A stretch of 64,000 nucleotides of DNA from Promethearchaeota archaeon (GTDB lineage: Archaea; Asgardarchaeota; Lokiarchaeia; Sigyniarchaeales; SOKP01), in assembly GCA_019058445.1 (NCBI GenBank), contig JAHPZA010000009.1, forward strand, positions 589,285-653,284, written 5' to 3'. Positions 37,780 through 45,560 of the stretch are shown here, piece after piece. The notes below the pieces were generated by a model. That model was not told the DNA's origin, ran no database searches, and was given only the letters and a program-made list of their open reading frames with translations. The number at the start of each line of letters is the position of its first letter. Position 1 is the first letter of the stretch. The translations under genes were made by a program, and so were the position numbers.

Positions 37780-39054
37780 ATGAGAATAATAAATATGAAA
37801 AAGATCACTGGCGTAAATATCTTAGATGATGAGATACGAGATAAATTAATTACAAGAAATATCTATGAAATCTTCAATAATTTTATTATCCCCCTTATAA
37901 CAAAAGAAGAACAAGATTTTCTCAGAGAATTGGAGGATTTTTTAATAAAAGAAGTAGAACCAAAAATAGATCTCAATAATGATGTATATGAACTTTTCCC
38001 TATTATTGCCAAAAAGAATTATATGCAGAGATTAAATCAATACGGAGATTCCGAAAGGTATGGGATGCGCTATGAAATCCTTCTTGCCATGGCCATGTCA
38101 ATAATAGATCCTGAGCTAGATCTCGCTCGTGTAGTTTCAGGAGTTATCTTTGCTAATCCTTTATTTCAATTCGGGAAGAATGACCATCAACTAGAGATCC
38201 TAGATGAGATCATGACCGGAAAGAAAATAGGTTGTATTTGCATTACTGAAAAATACCACGGATCGGATGCCGTAAATATGGAAACTCAAATTCAAGAGGA
38301 GGAGGATCATGTAATTATTAATGGGGAAAAATTATATACCACTAATGGTTCTATAGCAGATTACTTTATTGTATACGGCGTGTCTAATCCACATGATCCT
38401 AGGGGATCTATGTATCAAGTAATTGCGGAACGAGAGTTTGAGGGACTTGAAACCCATAGGCTGGGAGTACAATCAATTCCAAGAGTAGAGATTGGGCAAA
38501 CGATATTTAATAATGTGAAAATTCCGCGGGAAAATATCCTCGGAACAAGAGGTCAAGGATATAATAATCTTTTTTCTGGACTTGTGGCAGAACGGGATGC
38601 CATAATCGGCTCGAGCTTAGGAATTAGTTGGTTAACAGCAATAACCGCACTTATATATACAAATTGTAGGGTCCAGTTTGGCAGACCACTATATGATTTT
38701 CAAGCAGTCTCATTTCCGATAACTCAATTGTTTACTGAATTAATGGCGGCTACTGAGTTTGGATTTAAATCTGCGTCAGAATATCGGAAAACTCTTGAGC
38801 ACTCCGATTTAAAGTTTATTAAATATAATGCAGCATTTAGTTCTGGTACGAAATTTTATGCATCTAATCTAGCACATAAGATATCTTACGAAACCCAGCA
38901 ATTATGCGGTGGAATCGCTTTCACAGATAATCTCCGAATAGACAAAGCTTTGGAAGTTAGTAAAGTTCAGGAAATAATCGGTGGGGCAAGAAATATCCAG
39001 CTTTATTTGGTTAGCAGAGCAATTAAAGATATATTCAAACGATTAGCGTTATGA
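37780..39054 (+). CDS. acyl-CoA dehydrogenase family protein (divergent, N-terminally extended)
   Basis: CICITEKYHGSDAVNM, LYTTNGSIADY, GLVAERDAIIG and QLCGGIAF...IIGGARNIQL are collinear with the ACAD fold. Confidence 0.75.
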   Translation: MRIINMKKITGVNILDDEIRDKLITRNIYEIFNNFIIPLITKEEQDFLRELEDFLIKEVEPKIDLNNDVYELFPIIAKKNYMQRLNQYGDSERYGMRYEILLAMAMSIIDPELDLARVVSGVIFANPLFQFGKNDHQLEILDEIMTGKKIGCICITEKYHGSDAVNMETQIQEEEDHVIINGEKLYTTNGSIADYFIVYGVSNPHDPRGSMYQVIAEREFEGLETHRLGVQSIPRVEIGQTIFNNVKIPRENILGTRGQGYNNLFSGLVAERDAIIGSSLGISWLTAITALIYTNCRVQFGRPLYDFQAVSFPITQLFTELMAATEFGFKSASEYRKTLEHSDLKFIKYNAAFSSGTKFYASNLAHKISYETQQLCGGIAFTDNLRIDKALEVSKVQEIIGGARNIQLYLVSRAIKDIFKRLAL

Positions 39055-39068
39055 GAAAATAAGAAAAA

Positions 39069-39599
39069 TTGATCATGGAAATCAGGGCTCTAAAGAGAGA
39101 GGAAATAAACGACATACGAGATATCGACCGAAGCGAAATAATTAACCAATCATATTATTACAAAAACGACAAACTCGTGTTAAAAAAGAAATATTTTAAT
39201 ATCTCGGGATGGCATCCGAATGAAATTGAAAGGACAATTGGCAATCTTTATGATCTCTATGATCGTAATGGATATTTTTTTGGTTTATTTTAAAAAGAAA
39301 AAATTGTCGGAATAGCTGCTTTAGAATGTAAATTCATAGGAAGTAATAATAATCAACTTCAAGTTGTTTTCTTGCATATTGATAAAAATTATAGAAAAAA
39401 GGGATATGGAAAAAAATTAATGACCAAAACTATAGAAAAAGCAAAAGAATTGGGGGCTAAAAAGCTGTACATATCAGCCACTCCATCTAAAAATACTGTT
39501 AATTTTTACATGCATTTGGGCTGCAATTTAGCTTCAGAAATAAATCCTGAATTATATCAATTAGAGCCTGACGATATCCATTTGGAAATGATTATTTAG
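39069..39599 (+). pseudogene. GNAT-family N-acetyltransferase interrupted by a single in-frame TAA (39291-39293)
   Basis: ORFs 39069..39293 and 39372..39599 share one frame. Reading through gives ...GYFFGLF*KEKIVGIAALECKFIGSNNNQLQVVFLHIDKNYRKKGYGKKLM..., a complete GNAT core including motif A (RKKGYG). Confidence 0.75.
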
Positions 39600-39657
39600 T
39601 ATTAATAAAAGTTTTCTTCCATATTAATTAATTAAAAAAAAGGAGTTAGAAATTTTT

Positions 39658-40518
39658 TTAGTAATTATAAAAACCTTTTTTTGATTTTCTACCCAATAAA
39701 TTGTCTTCAACCATCTCTTTTAGAAGAGGGCTCGGTTTATATTTTTCTCCTAAAGCTTCTCCTAGATACTCCCCAATATGAAAATATATATCATTCCCTA
39801 CTAAATCTGAAAGCTCTAAAGGACCCATTGGAAAATTGAACGCTAATTTGCACGCAACATCGATATCTTCGGTACTAGCAATTCCTTCCATTTTCAATTT
39901 AACTGCTTCATTGCACAACACATAAATAAGACGTGTGGTTACAAATCCTGGTGCGTCTTTTACAGTTACTACAGTCTTATTGAGACTCTCTGAAAATTGT
40001 TTTGATGTTGCAAAAACTTCTTCAGATGTATTTTTACCCTTAATTAACTCAATTAATTTCATCACTGGTGCTGGATTAAAGAAATGAATACCTACAATCC
40101 TTTCCTGGTTATTAGATTTAGATGCTATTTCAGTAATGCTCAAGGAAGATGTATTAGATGCCAAAATAACGCTTTTATCGCAAATAGAATCTAATTCTGA
40201 AAATAACTTCTGTTTTAAATTCATATCTTCAAACACAGCTTCAATTACCATTTGCACACCTTTAACCGCAGAATCTCTGTCAGGATTTAATTTAATTCGA
40301 TTGAGAATATCACTTGCTTCTTCCGCTGTAATTTTATTTTTCACCACAAAAAATCTATCTAAATTCTTTTCAATAGCATTTTTTGCTTTTTTTAAAATAT
40401 CCTCATTAACATCTACTAAGTTCACTTCATACCCATGAGTTGCAGCTAGTTGCGCAATCCCATGCCCCATAATTCCTGCTCCAATTACACATATATTTTT
40501 TATTTCCATAACCCTCAC
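39658..40518 (-). CDS. hbd: 3-hydroxybutyryl/3-hydroxyacyl-CoA dehydrogenase (NAD-dependent)
   Basis: ICVIGAGIMGHGIAQLAA (Rossmann fold), SNTSSLSITE and HFFNPAPVMKLIE are present. The likely start is ATG 40509; GTG 40518 would overlap the upstream gene's stop. Confidence 0.9.
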   Translation of the reverse strand: MRVMEIKNICVIGAGIMGHGIAQLAATHGYEVNLVDVNEDILKKAKNAIEKNLDRFFVVKNKITAEEASDILNRIKLNPDRDSAVKGVQMVIEAVFEDMNLKQKLFSELDSICDKSVILASNTSSLSITEIASKSNNQERIVGIHFFNPAPVMKLIELIKGKNTSEEVFATSKQFSESLNKTVVTVKDAPGFVTTRLIYVLCNEAVKLKMEGIASTEDIDVACKLAFNFPMGPLELSDLVGNDIYFHIGEYLGEALGEKYKPSPLLKEMVEDNLLGRKSKKGFYNY

Positions 40519-41324
40519 TATTTCCTAAATTGATTAAAATCTGCTTTACGTTTTTCTACAAATGCATTTCTTCCTTCTACGGCCTCATCAGTATCGTAAT
40601 AAAGAGACAATCCACCAACTCCTAGTTGAGTAACACCTGTCACTCCATCAGTCTCAGCTAAAAAGGCATATTTAAGCATTTTCAGTGCTGTGGGGCTTTT
40701 TTCTAAAAGTTCTTGGCACCATTGGTTCACTTCCCCATCCAATTTTTCATAAGGTACAACTGCGTTCACAAGTCCCATTTCTAAGGCTTGCTGAGCAGTA
40801 TATCGACGACAGAGATACCAAATTTCTTTTGCACGTTTAACCCCAACCGCTCTCATTAAATCACCAGTTCCATATCCCGGATCGAAAGAACCTACACGAG
40901 GACCTGCTTGCCCAAGTTGGGCATGCTCTGCAGCAATGCTAAGGTCACAATTGACGTGCCATACATGCCCTCCTCCAATTGCGTATCCGTTCACTCGAGC
41001 AATGACAGGTTTTGGCAATGTGCGGATAAGAAGCGTTACACGCTGCCAACCGACTTCGAGAGGTAACATATATTTTCCTTTATACCCTCCTTTCTCCCGG
41101 GTGGTCTGATCTCCCCCAGTACAAAATGCTTTTTCTCCGGCACCAGTAAATACTACAACACCAATTTCATTGTCCATACAGCGATTGAAAGCATCGATAA
41201 GTTCATGTACAGTTTGTTGTGTGCACGCATTATATCGTTCTGGTCGATTAATGGTTATACGGGCAATTCTATCTTTTATTTCAAAAATTATTTCCTCATA
41301 TTCACTCATCTTATTCAACTTCAA
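40518..41324 (-). CDS. crotonase-superfamily enzyme, MenB/BadI-like (enoyl-CoA hydratase / dihydroxynaphthoyl-CoA-synthase family)
   Basis: RITINRPERYNAC...VVVFTGAGEKAFCTGGDQ...GGYKG and the C-terminal EAVEGRNAFVEKRKADFNQF closely follow the MenB-type pattern (AFCSGGDQ ... EG.EG..AF.EKR.PDF..F). Confidence 0.85.
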   Translation of the reverse strand: MKLNKMSEYEEIIFEIKDRIARITINRPERYNACTQQTVHELIDAFNRCMDNEIGVVVFTGAGEKAFCTGGDQTTREKGGYKGKYMLPLEVGWQRVTLLIRTLPKPVIARVNGYAIGGGHVWHVNCDLSIAAEHAQLGQAGPRVGSFDPGYGTGDLMRAVGVKRAKEIWYLCRRYTAQQALEMGLVNAVVPYEKLDGEVNQWCQELLEKSPTALKMLKYAFLAETDGVTGVTQLGVGGLSLYYDTDEAVEGRNAFVEKRKADFNQFRK

Positions 41325-41456
41325 AATATTATTGTATTAATTTCTGATGATTAATCACTAAAAATGATTCCAAAATATATAAAACAATCTTTATTGAAAT
41401 CGAGTAGGATAATTATCTCATAAAATTAGTTCAACATATAATGAGCAATTAGATCT

Positions 41457-41981
41457 TTAGAGATTCATTTTTTCCTTAATTTCATTTAGTATTTTAGGAC
41501 CTGCCTGATTGATTTCAGTTAAAACCTCACGTAATATGTCATTAATTTCAACCCCTTTCAATTCACATGCGATGTATAAAAGAGAAATTATCTCTTTAGT
41601 TAGCAATCGTATATTTCTTATATCATTAATTGGAATTCTAATACCTAATGACTTTAAGTCTTGGGCTGTCTCATTGTCTAACTGTCTTATTGTAATTAAT
41701 ATGTCGTTCTTTCTGCCCTTCCATTCCTCCGTAATAGCCCGTATCGATAAAACGTACTTCTTCGTGGGACTTCCGATGCCGTTAACATCCTGAGCAAAAT
41801 CTAAAGGTTCAGAATTTCTTAGAGACTTTAGCCCAAAAGAACGGTTAAATTTGTTCAATTTATCAAACTTCCGCTTCATGAAAGAGATTTCATCAGTAAG
41901 CTGCTCTACTTTTAACGACAATTTTCCAAATTTTTCCAAAAATAGCTCCCTTAAATGCAAATTTTCCTCGCTTTGAGTCAT
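41457..41981 (-). CDS. hypothetical protein (helical)
   Basis: 174-aa ORF with no recognised motif. It lies in an intergenic-sized gap with no competing ORF of similar quality. Confidence 0.4.
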   Translation of the reverse strand: MTQSEENLHLRELFLEKFGKLSLKVEQLTDEISFMKRKFDKLNKFNRSFGLKSLRNSEPLDFAQDVNGIGSPTKKYVLSIRAITEEWKGRKNDILITIRQLDNETAQDLKSLGIRIPINDIRNIRLLTKEIISLLYIACELKGVEINDILREVLTEINQAGPKILNEIKEKMNL

Positions 41982-42155
41982 GGTAATCTCCTTAAAATCT
42001 TCCGCATGATATTTTTTGCATAAACTTTTATAAATCTAATTATTAAAATGTTAATCTTTCTTGGTTTTCTGATTTTTAGACAGAACAAAACCTTTAAAGA
42101 TTTAAAAAAATAAAAAATTGATAAAAATTTTTGATTAAGATTTAGATTATTCTAC

Positions 42156-43163
42156 TTATTCATTCAGTTCTTTTTTCTCACTCTTCTTACTATTGGTTAT
42201 AATGCCATAAAGTCCTGTTATAAATAATAAGGGAATGAATAAAACAAAACTCCATATAGCACCGAATCTACTCGCGTCTATAACTGTAATTTCTGTAGCT
42301 CCAAATTCGTATGCTGCCTTAGAAAAGATTAGTAAGATTAAAATAGCATCAGCTTTAAGAAATTTTACTTTTTCACTGATAGTATCTGCTCTATCACCAA
42401 TAAGTTTACTAATAGTATAAAGTATAAGGAATAAATCAAAAAGATATAACGCTATTGTAACTGGTAAATTATATTCACTCTCAGATGAACTTAGATTAAA
42501 ATAGACCATAAGCATTAAATATAAAGTATAAATAGCGACCAAAATAAAGAAAAATCCTAACCAGGCATTTAATTTTCCTCTTAATGCTAATATTCCACCT
42601 AAAACCGCAAAAAAAATGACGATTACCGTTAAAATAAGAGCAAATACACCAAATGCAAATTGGATTTCAACGTCTCTATGTTGTAATGCTATGCCTAATC
42701 TTGTAATTGAAAGCATGATAATTATAGCAAATATGGTTCCCCCTAAAAATACCAGCCATTTAAGCCACCTCCCCTCCGGTTCCCATGATATCCCAATCTG
42801 GTAACAAGAATACATCAAAAAAGTTGCAGTAATCGCGACATAAAACACTATACCAAATATAAAGAATCCTTGAAAAAGGATTGTTCCAATATACAACCTT
42901 ACTATAAGTAAAAATGTAATTGCTGCTCCTATGATGAGATAGAGAATTATTTGTTTATGAGACAAATGTTTTAGATCAATTCGAAAAATTAGCGCGGCGA
43001 TAAATAATACCATGCAGATGCCTAAAAGAACAACAAAAATATAAGTCCCATATCCAAGTAAGCCAAACTGAGCTAGTGTAAATCCAATTATTAATAATAT
43101 AACGAGAATTAAGAAAAGCCTATTTTCCTTATCTATAATTTTTTTTAAATCAGAAAACACCAT
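42156..43163 (-). CDS. polytopic membrane protein, paralogue of the adjacent gene
   Basis: About 9-10 TM helices. N-terminus and helix order are collinear with 43299..44453 (MVFSDL..KENRLFLILVILLIIGFT vs MAFKDL..KEYRLYLILILWLIIGFT; LRGKLNAWLGFFFILVAIYTLYLM vs LKGRLHSWMGIFFVWVAIYTIYLM). Confidence 0.55.
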   Translation of the reverse strand: MVFSDLKKIIDKENRLFLILVILLIIGFTLAQFGLLGYGTYIFVVLLGICMVLFIAALIFRIDLKHLSHKQIILYLIIGAAITFLLIVRLYIGTILFQGFFIFGIVFYVAITATFLMYSCYQIGISWEPEGRWLKWLVFLGGTIFAIIIMLSITRLGIALQHRDVEIQFAFGVFALILTVIVIFFAVLGGILALRGKLNAWLGFFFILVAIYTLYLMLMVYFNLSSSESEYNLPVTIALYLFDLFLILYTISKLIGDRADTISEKVKFLKADAILILLIFSKAAYEFGATEITVIDASRFGAIWSFVLFIPLLFITGLYGIITNSKKSEKKELNE

Positions 43164-43298
43164 GAAATGATATTAAAGCTACCCTTATTTAAAATTTGTT
43201 AAATATCACATTAATAGAAAAATAAAACACTCTTCTTTTTTTAATCAAAACTGAAAAGAAATAATAACTAAAATTATCTAAAAAAAATTAAAAAAAAA

Positions 43299-44453
43299 TT
43301 AATTTAATTCTGCTCCGCATTGTAAACAGAATTTATCATTTTCACTATTGACAGCACCGCATTCTTTACAAAGAATTTGTTCGTCCTTGATTACACCTTC
43401 CTCTTTTGCTTCTTTTTCTAACTGCTGTATTTTTCCCTTCTGAGTGATTTCGTCATAATTACGAATTCCATAAATCGTCAAAATGATGAGGAGCGGAATA
43501 AATAAAACAAACACAGCAATAGATCTCCACACAGAAAGTTCAGATGCTTCAAGACCGCTAAGAAATGTATACATAGTGATACTAAATATTAACCACATTA
43601 AAATTGTATCTGCGCCAAAGATTCTTAATTTAGCTTTAAGAACATCTGATTTTTCTGCAATAAGACCCCCGATAGTATTAAGTAAGATAAAAAGATTAAA
43701 AAAGTAAAGTAAAATCTGGAGCGGAATCGAAGACGCGCTAACTCCCCCCTCTGAAGTCTTTGTGTAAATAATTATCCCCATTAAGTATATTGTATAAATA
43801 GCAACCCAGACAAAAAATATGCCCATCCAAGAATGTAGTCTGCCCTTTAAAGAGTGAAATCCTCCGATTATGCCAAAAAAGATGATAATGATGACTATAA
43901 TTATGGCGGGCACCGTAGTACTAAATCCAATAGCCTCCTGAACTCCACCCGTTACTGATTCTGTGATAATTATAGCGACTATAAGAGAAATAATAGAGAT
44001 TACTATCCCGCCTATAAAAAAGCACCATCTCTCAAAAGTTCGAACGCGTCCCGGTAATTTATAAAGATAAGAATCAATTTGAAGTCCAATTTTATAGAAA
44101 TAATACATCGTGAAAATTGAAGTAATTAATATATATGAGATTATTGCCAAAAAAAGAAAGATTATGAATAATGCAGCGAAAAAATTGAGATATATAAGTA
44201 TTATAACTGTTAGAACAATGATAGTTATAATTAATCTTTTTCTTGACATATCTCTAAGCCTTTTCTTATAAGTCATAATAGAAATTAAGAATAATATGAA
44301 TGAAAGCGCCGCCAAGAGAAAGAATACGACAAACCCTGCAATGTAAAGAACTTCAAATTGAAAGAATGTAAACCCGATAATAAGCCATAGAATGAGTATT
44401 AAATACAAACGATATTCTTTTTCCTTAAGCAATAGTAAATCTTTAAATGCCAT
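43299..44453 (-). CDS. polytopic membrane protein with C-terminal cytoplasmic zinc-ribbon
   Basis: Same membrane core as 42156..43163. It adds a charged linker and CKECGAVNSENDKFCLQCGAEL (a CxxC...CxxC zinc ribbon). Confidence 0.6.
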   Translation of the reverse strand: MAFKDLLLLKEKEYRLYLILILWLIIGFTFFQFEVLYIAGFVVFFLLAALSFILFLISIMTYKKRLRDMSRKRLIITIIVLTVIILIYLNFFAALFIIFLFLAIISYILITSIFTMYYFYKIGLQIDSYLYKLPGRVRTFERWCFFIGGIVISIISLIVAIIITESVTGGVQEAIGFSTTVPAIIIVIIIIFFGIIGGFHSLKGRLHSWMGIFFVWVAIYTIYLMGIIIYTKTSEGGVSASSIPLQILLYFFNLFILLNTIGGLIAEKSDVLKAKLRIFGADTILMWLIFSITMYTFLSGLEASELSVWRSIAVFVLFIPLLIILTIYGIRNYDEITQKGKIQQLEKEAKEEGVIKDEQILCKECGAVNSENDKFCLQCGAELN

Positions 44454-44500
44454 AGTTAATTTAACCTCGTTTTTATTAAAAAGTTAGAAATTAAGTTTGT

Positions 44501-44519
44501 ACGTAGTTAAAAAAACTAC
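44501..44519. promoter_or_regulatory. perfect 7-bp hairpin/palindrome CGTAGTT-AAAAA-AACTACG upstream of the membrane-protein gene
   Basis: Read directly from the sequence. It lies 48-66 nt upstream of ATG 44453 (minus strand) and downstream of the DUF72 gene stop. Confidence 0.25.
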
Positions 44520-44668
44520 GCGTATTTAAAATTTATTAATTTCTTGGGCTTATGTAAAATTAGAATTAAGAATGATGTAAGTCAAATATATCTCAAACTA
44601 TTACTTTTTTTTTTATTAAAACTTGATGTTTTAAATAATTTTAAGCAGAATATATACAATATAATCCA

Positions 44669-45472
44669 TTATAAAAAATCAAAGATTTTCTTTTGTGTAT
44701 CGAAACGTTTTATCGATAAATTAAACCTTTTTTTCAGCTCATTTGCTGATTCGGGAGCAAAACCAGCGAAGTGATTATTTACAATAATAAAAATTTCATA
44801 GATTTCAGATGATTTTAATAAATTATTAACATTTTTATTTAGATCAGCTATCGCAGCTTCTTGTTTTCTTTGGATTCGATTGAAGACATCTAACTCACGA
44901 TCTCCTATCAATCTAATATAGTATACTTTTTGGTTAGGCATGTAATAGGGCTTAATTCCAGGTATATATGTAGTTCCGAGAATGATTTGTGATCCGTTAA
45001 TGATTTGAGACAGAATTTTGTTCTCAAACCATGAATTATCTCGTAATTCAATTACATAGCTATATTTGGATGGAATTTTGTTTAAAAGGTTTGATAATTG
45101 TTTATAATGTTTCTCAGAATACTTAAACCAAGGAGGAAATTGTAAGAGAAATTTAGATGTTTTTTCTTCCAATTGTGCCATACGGGAAAAAAATTGCACT
45201 ATATAAGTCTCTAATTCAGGATCATTTAGATTATGTGATATTTTTTGCCACACTTTAACAACAAATATAAATGATTCTGGAGTCTTTAAAGCCCAATTCT
45301 GTACAATTTCTGCAGAAGGTAAGTTGTAAAATGTTGAATTGATCTCTACTATATCAAAATATTGGGTATAATACTCTAAATGCCGGTACCTCTCAAGTGT
45401 TTTAGGATAAAAGGGACCAATCCAATCCTTATAATCCCAACCGGCACATCCAATAAAAAATTTTATCTGCAT
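44669..45472 (-). CDS. DUF72 (UPF0759) family protein
   Basis: FIGCAGWDYKDWIGPFYP...YFDIVEINSTFY is the characteristic DUF72 N-terminus. Confidence 0.8.
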   Translation of the reverse strand: MQIKFFIGCAGWDYKDWIGPFYPKTLERYRHLEYYTQYFDIVEINSTFYNLPSAEIVQNWALKTPESFIFVVKVWQKISHNLNDPELETYIVQFFSRMAQLEEKTSKFLLQFPPWFKYSEKHYKQLSNLLNKIPSKYSYVIELRDNSWFENKILSQIINGSQIILGTTYIPGIKPYYMPNQKVYYIRLIGDRELDVFNRIQRKQEAAIADLNKNVNNLLKSSEIYEIFIIVNNHFAGFAPESANELKKRFNLSIKRFDTQKKIFDFL

Positions 45473-45560
45473 AAAAAAATATATTTTTAAAGCATTATAT
45501 ATAGCATATATATTGCTAATTGAAATTAAATGTTTTATCTTATAAGTAAAAAGTGCCGCA

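Noticed and set aside
41347-41356. Perfect 10-bp palindrome TGATTAATCA 23-32 nt upstream of the crotonase start codon.
   Set aside because: It is composed almost entirely of A/T in a genome of about 30% GC, where such palindromes arise by chance. It overlaps the position where a TATA box would be expected anyway. The evidence is too weak to call it an operator.
44544-44774. 76-aa plus-strand ORF between the zinc-ribbon membrane gene and the DUF72 gene.
   Set aside because: It is low-complexity, AT-rich sequence that overlaps the 3' end of the well-supported DUF72 gene on the other strand. No motif was recognised.
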